The notes under the pieces are model-generated. The model had not been told where the DNA came from, did no database searches, and saw only the letters and a list, made by a program, of their open reading frames with translations. A DNA stretch of 64,000 nt from the NCBI GenBank assembly GCA_038116945.1, contig JAYOEY010000011.1, positions 14,480 through 78,479 on the forward strand. The letters are read 5' to 3'. The translations under genes were made by a program, and so were the position numbers. This stretch comes from Rhodospirillales bacterium (lineage in GTDB: Bacteria; Pseudomonadota; Alphaproteobacteria; MPNO01; UBA2964). This document shows positions 47,839 to 57,165 of the stretch, piece by piece. Each line of letters starts with the position of its first letter. Position 1 is the first letter of the stretch.

Positions 47839-48891
47839 CTATTTCTTCATCGTCGGCTTCTTGCCGAAGATATACTTGGTCGCCTTGGCGACGGCCGACG
47901 GCGACATGGTCGCGATCGCATCGGCAAGCGTCTTCTGCAGCTTGGCGCCGGAAATCGGCTGGACCGGAAGCTTGCGCTTCTGAGCATCCGACCTGAAGGC
48001 CGGATCGGCGACCGTGGCCGCGAAAGAGGCGCGCAACGGCTCGACCAGCCCCTGCGGGACGCCCGGCGGATAGGCCAGACCGCGGCCGATCACGGAGGCG
48101 GTCGACAGCATGGCCGCCGCTGCCCTGTCGTCGTCGGTCTTCGCCAGCTCATGCAGCAGAGGGACGTTCGGAAGGTCGGGTTCCTTCTCGAAGCCCGTCT
48201 GAAGAAGCATCAGGGCGAAATCCTTGTCGGTGCCCTTGAACCACTGCGGACGGTTGGCCTTCCAGGAGACCCAGCTGTTCGTCATGCCGAACGTTTCGCC
48301 CTGCTCGACCGAGAGGGAGGTGCCCGCGGAGCCCTTGTAGCCCGTGACGATCTTGAACTTGGTCTTGAGAATGCCGTTCATCATCGCCGGCAGGAGATAG
48401 GTCGGCGAGCCGGTGCCGGTCGAGGCAACGATGACTTCCTTCTTCTGAAGGTCCTCGATTCCTTTAACGCCGGTATCGCGGCGCACGATCATCACCTGGT
48501 TCGCGCCGAACACGGTACCGAGCCAGTGGAACTTCGTGGTCTTGTACTTGACCTTCTTGGGCCGCAGCATTTCCGACACCACCGACATTTCCGGCGGCAT
48601 CAGAATGTTGAACCCGTTCTTCGGCATGACAACGTAGGCGTAGTTCGCGGCCTTCAGCCCGCCTGCGCCCGGCATGTGCTGCACGATGACGCTGGGTTTG
48701 CCCGGAATATGCTTGCCGATGTGGTTCGACAGAAGCAGCGCCGTCTGACCGTACGTGCCGCCCGCGCCGTAACCGACCAGAATGGTGACGGTACGGTCCT
48801 TGAACACGTTTGCAACCGATTGCGCAGTCGCCGGCGCCGCCATGGCAGCCGCCGATGCGATGGCAGCAAACGAAATAAGAGTGCGTTTCAT
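47839..48891 (-). CDS. TctC/Bug-like periplasmic substrate-binding protein, paralogue
   Basis: Start taken at MKRTLISFAAIASAAAMAAPATA signal; VIVQHMPGAGG, TGYKGSAGTSLSVEQGE. Confidence 0.5.
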   Translation of the reverse strand: MKRTLISFAAIASAAAMAAPATAQSVANVFKDRTVTILVGYGAGGTYGQTALLLSNHIGKHIPGKPSVIVQHMPGAGGLKAANYAYVVMPKNGFNILMPPEMSVVSEMLRPKKVKYKTTKFHWLGTVFGANQVMIVRRDTGVKGIEDLQKKEVIVASTGTGSPTYLLPAMMNGILKTKFKIVTGYKGSAGTSLSVEQGETFGMTNSWVSWKANRPQWFKGTDKDFALMLLQTGFEKEPDLPNVPLLHELAKTDDDRAAAAMLSTASVIGRGLAYPPGVPQGLVEPLRASFAATVADPAFRSDAQKRKLPVQPISGAKLQKTLADAIATMSPSAVAKATKYIFGKKPTMKK

Positions 48892-49160
48892 GAAAAGCTC
48901 CCTGTCTATTGGGTTAAACACCCGCCGACCTCCCATAAACCGGCGAGGACGCGCTATATTGCGTGGATTCCTCGCGTAAGAAAAGGGAAAAGGATTTCTC
49001 TGCCGGAACGTCCCCGCGGCGGACCGAGTTGTGCCCTCGCCGGCTCAGGTGTAGATTCTCCTCAACCATAAGAAAAAAACGGCTTTTCCTGTTCTGGTGC
49101 GCAGGTTCGGCTGTCCGTTGCGGTGGTCGAATGAAACCTAACGAAAAGAGGGAGGATCAC

Positions 49161-50111
49161 ATGAAAATTCTATCGACGGCACTGGCCCTTGGGGCATTAG
49201 CACTTCCGACCGCGGCGCTTGCGGCGGGCGGGGCCGATCTCAATTTCGGTTCGGGCCGCCAGGGCGGCTCGCAATATCCGGTTACGGTCGCGATCGGACA
49301 GGTTCTCGAGAAACTGCCGGAATTCGGCAAGATTTCGCTTCAGCCGGGCGGGTCGATCGGCAATATCATCCGCGTCGATACGGGCAAGTCCGACCTGGCG
49401 ATTTCGATGTCGATCAGCCTGCGCGACGGTCGGGCCGGCAACGCACCCTTCAAGAAGAAGACCAGCAACGCGGTGCAGCTCATGACGCTTCACGCCTTCA
49501 ACGTTATGGCGCTGGTGCCGGCCGATTCCCCGATCAAGAGCTTCCGGGATTTCGCCGGCAAGAAGGTCAATTTCGCGCCCAAGGGCTATTCGATCACCCA
49601 TGTCGGATTCCGCATCCTCGAAAAGATGGGAATCAAGGACAAGGTCAAGGTCGGCTATCTGCGGATCGGCGGCGCCGTTCAGGCCTTCAAGGACGGGCAT
49701 GTCGACGGCATTCTCTACGCGCCGTCCAACCGCTACGGACCGATCATCAACCTGGCCCAGACCCGCAAGATCAGGGCGGTCCAGCTCGATGAAAAGATCA
49801 TGGACGACCTGATCGCGGAAAACCCGAGCTTCTTCAAGACGACCTGGCCGAAATCGAAGGGGATCTACAAGAATCTGGTCAACTCGGTCACAAACCTCGC
49901 CTATCCCAACATCATCCTCGCCAACAAGGACAGGATCTCGGATTCGCAGGCCTATGCCATCGTGAAGGCGGTCGCCGAGAATTTCGACAAGGTCCGGGTC
50001 GGCGATCCGTCGCTCAACGACTTCCAGCCAAAGGAAATGGCGCTGCAGGTCGGAAGCCCGTTTCATCCCGGCGCGCTCCGCTACTACAAGGAACGCGGCT
50101 GGATAAAATAA
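49161..50111 (+). CDS. TRAP transporter solute receptor, TAXI family
   Basis: 316 aa from ATG 49161 (RBS GGAGG); signal peptide; GGSQYPVTVAIGQVL and C-terminal HPGALRYYKERG typical of TAXI. Confidence 0.7.
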   Translation: MKILSTALALGALALPTAALAAGGADLNFGSGRQGGSQYPVTVAIGQVLEKLPEFGKISLQPGGSIGNIIRVDTGKSDLAISMSISLRDGRAGNAPFKKKTSNAVQLMTLHAFNVMALVPADSPIKSFRDFAGKKVNFAPKGYSITHVGFRILEKMGIKDKVKVGYLRIGGAVQAFKDGHVDGILYAPSNRYGPIINLAQTRKIRAVQLDEKIMDDLIAENPSFFKTTWPKSKGIYKNLVNSVTNLAYPNIILANKDRISDSQAYAIVKAVAENFDKVRVGDPSLNDFQPKEMALQVGSPFHPGALRYYKERGWIK

Positions 50112-50183
50112 CGCCCGCCTGACGAAGCAGGGAACGGCGCTCCGCGCCGGTCCCTGCCGTTACCCATTGTCTAATGTCGGGAC

Positions 50184-52082
50184 GTGGCTTTCATGGACGT
50201 TAAAGCGGTTGTCATTCGCTACATCGCCATCGCGATGGCGCTGTTCCATCTATACACGTCGGCGACCGGCGTGCTCGATGCCGTGCTGCAGCGGAGCGCG
50301 CACCTTGCTTTCACGGCGACGCTGATCCTGCTGATCTACGCGCATCCCCGTTTCGGCGCGGGCCGGGCAGGCGCGCTGGCTTCCGGTATTTTTTCCGCCG
50401 TTGTGATCGTTGCGTCGCTCGCGCCGCTGGGATTTCTTCTGTTCAACCACGAATATTTCACGGCGGGGCGTATTCAGTTCGTCACCGACGTCACGCCGGT
50501 CGAGCTTACGCTCGGCATCTGCATGATCGTCACCGTGCTCGAGCTGTGCCGGCGCGTCACCGGTCCGGTGCTGCCGCTGATCACGGCGGGTTTCGTCGTC
50601 TTTCCCTTTATTCCGGGGTTGCCCGGCGTCCTGCAGCATGCCGGGTACAGCATCGCCGAGGTGGTCGAAATCCAGTACCTGACACTCGCCGGCATTTTCG
50701 GCGTGCCGGTCGCGGCGTCCGCCAATTTCGTGATCATGTTCATCATTTTCGGCGCATTTCTTGAGCGCAGCGGGCTCGGCGGGTTCATCATCGATTTCAC
50801 CACCGGGCTGGTCGGCCGGTACCGCGGAGGCCCTGCCAAGGTCGCGGTAATGGCGAGCGCCATGACCGGCACCATTTCGGGCAGCGCCATGGCCAACGTC
50901 CTGACAACGGGCACGCTGACCATCCCGTTGATGCGGCGGATCGGGTATCCGCCCTTCATGGCCGGTGCAATCGAGGCGGCGGCGTCGACGGGCGGCGCGC
51001 TGATGCCGCCGATCATGGGCAATGTCGCCTTTATCATGGCGCAGTTTTCTGCCGTCCCATACGCGCTGATCGCGCTCTACGGGCTGATTCCGGCGGTTCT
51101 CTATTTCTTCGGCGTGTTCTGTACCGTTCACTGGGCGGCGGTGCGCTATGGCGCCGGCGGGCTGCCGCCCGACGAACTGCCTGCCTGGATGGAAAGCCTG
51201 AAGGAACGCGGCCATCTTCTTCTGCCGCTGATCCTGCTGGTCACGCTGATGATCAAGGATTTCTCGCCGCAGTTTGCCGTGGTGTACAGCATCGCTGCGG
51301 TAATCGTGGTCTCGTGGTTCCGGAAATCGACCCGCATGAATTTCCGGGCGATCCTCGATGCGCTTGAAAACGGCGCCAAAGGGGCGGTTCTGGTGGCGGT
51401 CGCCACGGCCTGCGCGGGCGTTATCGTCGGGGTCTTCGAACTGACGACGGTCGGCGTAAAGCTTGCCCAGTCGGGCAACGAGCTGGCCGGCAGCCTGTTC
51501 GTCGGGTTGCTGATCACCATGGCGGTGTCGATCATTCTGGGCATGGGCGTGCCGCCGTCGGTGAGCTATATCGCCCAGATCGCCGTGACCATTCCCATGC
51601 TGCAGATCTTTCTCAAGGCGGAGGGCGTGGACCCGGAAGTTGCCAAGGTGGCGACCCATTTCTTCGTGATGTATTTCGCGACCATGGCGGTGCTGACGCC
51701 GCCCGATGCGCTTGCCTCGATCGCGGCGGCGGGCGTGGCGCAGAGTCCGTTTCTCAAGACGGCGATTCATGCGACGCGAACGGCATTCGTCGCGTTCATC
51801 GTGCCGTTCATGTTCGTCTATCGGCCGGCGCTTCTGACTTTCGGCACATGGGACGAAATCCTGATCGCCGTGTTTCTGGCGCTGGCTGGCATCTTCGTCC
51901 TGTCGGCAGCCCTGGAAGGCTACTGGTTCCGCAAGATGAGCGTCTTCGAACGCCTTGCGGGCGTGGCGTCCGGTTTCGCCCTGGTGGTGCCTGACGCCGC
52001 CTGGGACATCGCCGGGCTGTGCGGGTTAGGGCTTCTCCTGTTATGGCAGTGGAAGCCGTGGCAGCGCGGTAACGCTGCCTGA
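50184..52082 (+). CDS. TRAP transporter fused permease (4TM+12TM, DctQM-like) partner of the TAXI receptor
   Basis: 632 aa, highly hydrophobic throughout; immediately downstream of the TAXI gene. Confidence 0.7.
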   Translation: MAFMDVKAVVIRYIAIAMALFHLYTSATGVLDAVLQRSAHLAFTATLILLIYAHPRFGAGRAGALASGIFSAVVIVASLAPLGFLLFNHEYFTAGRIQFVTDVTPVELTLGICMIVTVLELCRRVTGPVLPLITAGFVVFPFIPGLPGVLQHAGYSIAEVVEIQYLTLAGIFGVPVAASANFVIMFIIFGAFLERSGLGGFIIDFTTGLVGRYRGGPAKVAVMASAMTGTISGSAMANVLTTGTLTIPLMRRIGYPPFMAGAIEAAASTGGALMPPIMGNVAFIMAQFSAVPYALIALYGLIPAVLYFFGVFCTVHWAAVRYGAGGLPPDELPAWMESLKERGHLLLPLILLVTLMIKDFSPQFAVVYSIAAVIVVSWFRKSTRMNFRAILDALENGAKGAVLVAVATACAGVIVGVFELTTVGVKLAQSGNELAGSLFVGLLITMAVSIILGMGVPPSVSYIAQIAVTIPMLQIFLKAEGVDPEVAKVATHFFVMYFATMAVLTPPDALASIAAAGVAQSPFLKTAIHATRTAFVAFIVPFMFVYRPALLTFGTWDEILIAVFLALAGIFVLSAALEGYWFRKMSVFERLAGVASGFALVVPDAAWDIAGLCGLGLLLLWQWKPWQRGNAA

Positions 52083-52095
52083 CCCAGACGTCTGC

Positions 52096-53145
52096 TCAGT
52101 TCAGCCCGTAAAGTCGCTTCGCGTTGTCGTCGAGAATCCTGTCGGCCGATTTTTTCGGAATCTTGCCGTCGCTGCGGAGCCGTCGCAGCGCCTCGATTTC
52201 GGTTGAAGTGTCGTTGTGGCCGTAATCGGTGCCGACGACGATGTTGTTGTCGCCCACTGAGTCCAGAATATAGTCGAGATCGTCGGTCACCTGGCAGGCG
52301 ACATAAATATTGTTGTCGCCCAGTGGATCGCTGCCGAGGTCGCGTCCCATGCGGCTCAGCCGCAGATTGAGGTCGTTGATCGCGTATGGCACCCACTGCG
52401 CGCTGAGTTCGACGAAGCCCCAGCGGACTTTGGGGAATTTCTCCGGAATGCTGTTCCACAGCAGGTCGTGAAACGCGCCGACGCCTGAAAGCTTGAATCG
52501 GTTGAAGCCCGGATCGGTACGGTAGGCCTCGTGAATCGTGAAGCTGGCGATGCCCGAATGCAGACAGATCGGCAGGTCGAGTTCCCCCGCCATGTCATAG
52601 AACGGGAAGAAGTACGGGTCGGATGCCAGCCTCTCGGCTTCGAGCGCGCGGACGAAGATGCCGCAGGCGCCATTCTCCTTGCCGAATTCGAGTTCCTCCC
52701 GGACCTTGTCCATCGACAGCAGGGGAGGGCAGACCACCCAGCGGAGTTCCTCCGGCGCGGCCTTGTTGATGTCGGCCAGCCAGCGGTTGTAGCCGGTGCA
52801 CAGCGCGTAATCGACTTCCGGATTTGTCGTCAGAGGCCGCAGGAAGAGCGTCGGGAACAGGACCTGCACGTCGATTTCAAGCTCTTTCATGTGATCGAGC
52901 CGGGCCTGAATGTCGGTCATCTCCCGCGATTCCATCGACGTGTCGAGGCCGACATTGAATTGCTTGTTGTGGATCCGCCCGTCGACCACCCAGTATTCCC
53001 GCAGCACGTTGCCGCTGGAGCCGTACTGGGTCTCGCCGGTCTGCTGGTTCACCACCATGGGCGTGTGGCGTTTGAGATCCGGAGGGATGTGTTCCCACGT
53101 GCGTGGGGTTTCCAGGACGTGTGCGTCGGCGTCGATCGTCGGCAT
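52096..53145 (-). CDS. Amidohydrolase-2 family metal-dependent hydrolase/decarboxylase (ACMSD-like)
   Basis: 349 aa; N-terminal DADAHV and C-terminal VGTDYGHND. Confidence 0.65.
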   Translation of the reverse strand: MPTIDADAHVLETPRTWEHIPPDLKRHTPMVVNQQTGETQYGSSGNVLREYWVVDGRIHNKQFNVGLDTSMESREMTDIQARLDHMKELEIDVQVLFPTLFLRPLTTNPEVDYALCTGYNRWLADINKAAPEELRWVVCPPLLSMDKVREELEFGKENGACGIFVRALEAERLASDPYFFPFYDMAGELDLPICLHSGIASFTIHEAYRTDPGFNRFKLSGVGAFHDLLWNSIPEKFPKVRWGFVELSAQWVPYAINDLNLRLSRMGRDLGSDPLGDNNIYVACQVTDDLDYILDSVGDNNIVVGTDYGHNDTSTEIEALRRLRSDGKIPKKSADRILDDNAKRLYGLN

Positions 53146-53226
53146 TTCAGTCTCCCGTGCTGATTTTCAGGCAAGCATAAGGGTTTCTTGCGTCCAGCCA
53201 AGTCCGGCAGGACGAATTTCCGAAAG

Positions 53227-54324
53227 TCAGCCGCGCCGTCGCAGTCCGAGGATGCCCACAAGACCGAATGCAAACAGCCAGACGGCGCCAGGCGCCGAGA
53301 TCTCTACCGTGGGTACTTCGTTGGAGACCTGATTGAAGAACCAGTTCGATCCGGTATTGAAGAAAATGGCCGTGCTGGTGATGACGGCATGATCCGCCGT
53401 CAGGAGCGAGCCGTTCGATTGCGACACCGCAAACGTCGTCTGGGCGTTGTCGAAATCGATGACGATGTCGGCGCCGGCGTCGAGCCCGACGAAATCGAGC
53501 GTCACCGTATAGTCGTCCAATGTACCCGCGATCTCGTCGATACCGGCGTTTGCGTAAAGCAGGCCGGCGACGTCGTCCATTCCGAGGGTGCGTTGATGCT
53601 CGTTCGTGAAGGCGCCTTGCTGCATGACGGCTTCGGTGTTGACGAAGCCCAAAGCGGCCGCCACCGCCCGGTCGGCGTTGGCGGAGTAGGTATTGCCGAC
53701 CGGCAGATCCGCGAGATTCCGGCTATAGGTCGTCGAATCGACAACGCCCGCTCCAATGCTGACCGGATTGTTGTCGGCTCTCCGGAAATAGTTGAGGTTG
53801 ACGTCGTCTCCGCGAATGTCGTCGGCCGTCCCGATGATGCCGTCGGCTCCGGGATTGAAGTCAAACGTGTTGTTCGCGCCGTCGGTGGAAATCGTATAGT
53901 TCGTATTGCTGCCGCTGACGCCCGTCTGCACGCCCAGGTTGGTATGCGCCAGCCCGAGCGAGTGACCCATCTCGTGCAGCAGCGTGGATTCGAAATCGAC
54001 CTGTGAAGCGCCGATGCCGGCGGAACTGATATTGCCTGTCGTCGGCACCAGACCGTTCCAGGTATTCACGACATTCTGAGTCGGAATGACCATCTGGGCG
54101 GCAAATGTGCTGGTCGGGTCGATGCCGACGGAAATGACGAGATTGCCGCCTAGCCCGTTATAGCCGAGCGCGTGCGTTACGATATCGACGCCGTTTGCTT
54201 CGCCTGCGAAGACATAGGCAAAGGAATTCGCATCCCGGGGCGCGGACAGCGTCATCGTGGCTCCCAGGACGGCGCACACAGACCCCAGATATCTGAAAAA
54301 TCCGATCTTCGCCCCTCGGATCAT
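53227..54324 (-). CDS. Secreted metzincin zinc metalloprotease with PEP-CTERM-like C-terminal anchor
   Basis: Signal peptide; HEMGHSLGLAH matches HEXXHXXGXXH; C-terminal VPTVEISAPGAVWLFAFGLVGILGLRRRG (TM + RRR). Confidence 0.6.
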   Translation of the reverse strand: MIRGAKIGFFRYLGSVCAVLGATMTLSAPRDANSFAYVFAGEANGVDIVTHALGYNGLGGNLVISVGIDPTSTFAAQMVIPTQNVVNTWNGLVPTTGNISSAGIGASQVDFESTLLHEMGHSLGLAHTNLGVQTGVSGSNTNYTISTDGANNTFDFNPGADGIIGTADDIRGDDVNLNYFRRADNNPVSIGAGVVDSTTYSRNLADLPVGNTYSANADRAVAAALGFVNTEAVMQQGAFTNEHQRTLGMDDVAGLLYANAGIDEIAGTLDDYTVTLDFVGLDAGADIVIDFDNAQTTFAVSQSNGSLLTADHAVITSTAIFFNTGSNWFFNQVSNEVPTVEISAPGAVWLFAFGLVGILGLRRRG

Positions 54325-54653
54325 GGATGGCTCTCAATTGTTTCGCGTTTCGCGCGGAAACCGTTCTGCCGCCATGTTACCCGATTCCTGTACTGAAACC
54401 AGCCCCAATGCGGGAAAACCAAAGAATTCCGGTGGTTTGGTTAATTTTTCTTAACCTGTCGTCCGCCGTTTTGCCGGAGTGCAAGCGGTGGCGCCGGCGC
54501 CGTCCCGGCAGATGAAAACAGCGGGAGAACTGCCGGAAATCGCCGGCCGACCTCGCCGGCTAACCAAGCCTTAACTTGAGAATGGTGAAATACGCTTTGC
54601 AAAACCCTTCCAAAAACGGGGCGCGCGGAACTGAACCCCGTGCGGTGTGAAAA

Positions 54654-56888
54654 GTGTCAGATGCTCCGGGCGTCGTTGCTCTGAAAAAACGCCTTGCCGA
54701 GGCTGAATCCGCGCTCGCGGAGCTGCAACGGGAAAAGGCCGTCAGCGAAGAGCGTCTCGAGCAGGCGCTGGCGGACCTGGCAGCGCGGACAAATACCGAG
54801 CAGGCCCTGCTCGAAAGCGAAGCGCGGCTGAGCGCGATCGTCAACAACAGTCCGTCGCTGATATATCTCAAGGACACGGATTCACGCCTGTTGATGATCA
54901 ACGACGCCTACGCGCGTCATTACGGCGTCGAAAAGGACGCCGCGATCGGCCGCAGGGGAGAGGCATGGGTGGATCCCGAAGCCTACGCCGCGATGTTGGA
55001 AAACGACCGGGCTGTCATCAGCAGCGGCGAGCCGAGCCGGTTCGAGTACACGCTGAGGCCAAACGATGGCCCGCCACGATACATGAGTTCGATAAAGTTT
55101 CCGGTCAGGGACAAGTCCGGAGCCGTCGTCGGAGTGGGCGGCCATAGTGTCGACGTGACCGAACTGAAACAGGCAAGGCAGCTCGACGAACAAAAATCGT
55201 TACTGTTGCAGACGACGCTCGACCATCTTCGCGAGGGCATAACGGTCTACGATTCAACGCTGAGGCTGACAGCGTTCAACCAGCGCTTCGTGGAACTCTT
55301 CGGGTATCCGGCAGGCTTTATCCGGCTTGGAATGCATTACGGCGAAATCGCCCGTTTCAATGCGGAGGCGGGACATTACGGCCCAGGCGAGATCGAGGAG
55401 CTTGCCCGTATCCGTGTGGAACGCGCCCAGACCGGGGCGCCCCGAAAACTGGAGCGAACCGGGGACGACGGCAAGACCATCGTCGTCATGAGAACGCCTC
55501 TTTCAGATGGCGGGTTCGTTTCCACGTTCATGGATGTGACCGAGCGCAAGCAGGCGGAAATCGCCCGGGAAGAGGCCAGAAAGGCTGCCGAGCACGCGGC
55601 GGAGTCAGCGCGTGAGGCCAACGAGGCGAAGAGCAAATTCCTCGCCAATATGAGTCACGAGCTTCGGACTCCGATGAACGGCATTCTCGGCATGGTCGAA
55701 CTGCTGGCGGACAGCAATCTGACCCAGGAGCAGCGGGAAAAAGTCGATATCATAAAGTTTTCCGGAAAATCGCTTCTCAGCCTGCTTAACGACATTCTCG
55801 ATCTTTCGAAGATCGAGGCCGGTCGATTCGAGATGGATGTCTGTGAATTTTCGATCTCCGAGATGCTCGCGTCGCTCGATAGGCTGTGGTCGCCTCAACT
55901 GCAGCAAAAAGGGGTGGCGTTCGCGATTCGCAACGATCTGACCGGCCCGAACCTGTTCCGAAGCGACGAAAGCCGGATCCGTCAGGTTCTCGTCAACCTG
56001 ATCGGCAATGCTGCCAAGTTTACGTCTCGCGGATGCATCGACGTCTGCGTTTCCCGCGAGGCCGGTCCGAGAAACGAGCGGTTGCTGCGGTTCGAAGTCC
56101 GCGACACCGGAATCGGCATCAAACCGGACGAGATGGAACGGCTTTTCCAGCCTTTCAACCAGGCGGACCCGTCGATCACGCGGGATTTCGGGGGCACCGG
56201 TCTGGGGCTGTCGATCAGCCGGAACCTGGTCGAGATGCTGGGCGGCGAGATCGGGGTCGAGAGTGAATTCGGCAGAGGGTCGACCTTCTGGTTCACCATC
56301 GCCGTCGACGAGGTCGAGGTGGCGGCGCCGCTGCCCGAGCCCGTCGACGGAAATTCTCCGGTCGCCGGGAGCAGTACCCCCTGCCGCCCGCTGAAGATAC
56401 TGATCGCGGAAGACAACAAGATCAATCAGCGCGTCACGACGCTCATGCTGCGATCTCTCGATTGCACGGTCGAGATCGTGGAGGACGGCGAAGGCGCCGT
56501 TGCTGCTGCTGCCCGCTCCGATTACGACATTATCCTGATGGATGTGCAGATGCCGAATATGGACGGCGTCACGGCTACCGGAAAAATCCGGGCCTTGCCG
56601 CCGCCCGCATGCGATGTCCCGATAATAGCCATGACGGCGAACGCCATGATCGGCGACAGGGAATCCTACCTGCAGAACGGCATGTCCGATTACGTTCCCA
56701 AGCCGATAGATCGCGAGCTCCTTATGGAAACCATCGGCAAATGGACAGGCGGCACGAAGGTGGAGCGTGTCGATATTCTCCCTGCAACGGCGGAGATCGA
56801 CAGGCATGATGCCGACATGCATGTCTCGGAGTTCGAGGATCTTATGGATCGCTTCGACCCCGGGCGGACTTCGTCCGGAGGCGGCTGA
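54654..56888 (+). CDS. Hybrid sensor histidine kinase / response regulator, cytoplasmic (coiled coil, PAS, PAS, HisKA, HATPase, REC)
   Basis: GTG start 54654; no TM segment; H-box ANMSHELRTPMNGILG; G-boxes; REC with ILIAEDNKINQ...ILMDVQMPNMDG. Confidence 0.8.
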   Translation: MSDAPGVVALKKRLAEAESALAELQREKAVSEERLEQALADLAARTNTEQALLESEARLSAIVNNSPSLIYLKDTDSRLLMINDAYARHYGVEKDAAIGRRGEAWVDPEAYAAMLENDRAVISSGEPSRFEYTLRPNDGPPRYMSSIKFPVRDKSGAVVGVGGHSVDVTELKQARQLDEQKSLLLQTTLDHLREGITVYDSTLRLTAFNQRFVELFGYPAGFIRLGMHYGEIARFNAEAGHYGPGEIEELARIRVERAQTGAPRKLERTGDDGKTIVVMRTPLSDGGFVSTFMDVTERKQAEIAREEARKAAEHAAESAREANEAKSKFLANMSHELRTPMNGILGMVELLADSNLTQEQREKVDIIKFSGKSLLSLLNDILDLSKIEAGRFEMDVCEFSISEMLASLDRLWSPQLQQKGVAFAIRNDLTGPNLFRSDESRIRQVLVNLIGNAAKFTSRGCIDVCVSREAGPRNERLLRFEVRDTGIGIKPDEMERLFQPFNQADPSITRDFGGTGLGLSISRNLVEMLGGEIGVESEFGRGSTFWFTIAVDEVEVAAPLPEPVDGNSPVAGSSTPCRPLKILIAEDNKINQRVTTLMLRSLDCTVEIVEDGEGAVAAAARSDYDIILMDVQMPNMDGVTATGKIRALPPPACDVPIIAMTANAMIGDRESYLQNGMSDYVPKPIDRELLMETIGKWTGGTKVERVDILPATAEIDRHDADMHVSEFEDLMDRFDPGRTSSGGG

Positions 56889-57165
56889 CGCGACCGGCTG
56901 GCCCGGCGCTCGACCGGACGCCGGTTTCCCCTTTCCCTTGTTTTGCAGACGATCCCGTGAAACAAACGGGTGCGAACTGACCGGTTCGGTGAACATGAGA
57001 TGTCCGACATGATCGTTGTTGTCTCCTTTGGATGGCGCCCGGGACGGGCCAGCGTCCGCCGCCCGCTCGACAGGTCTTGCATGGTCGCGATTGCCGGTTT
57101 AAATGCCAGCGGATCGGCGACGGAGAAAACCGGTCCGGCGGCAGACCGGACCTGACGGGCGAGCG

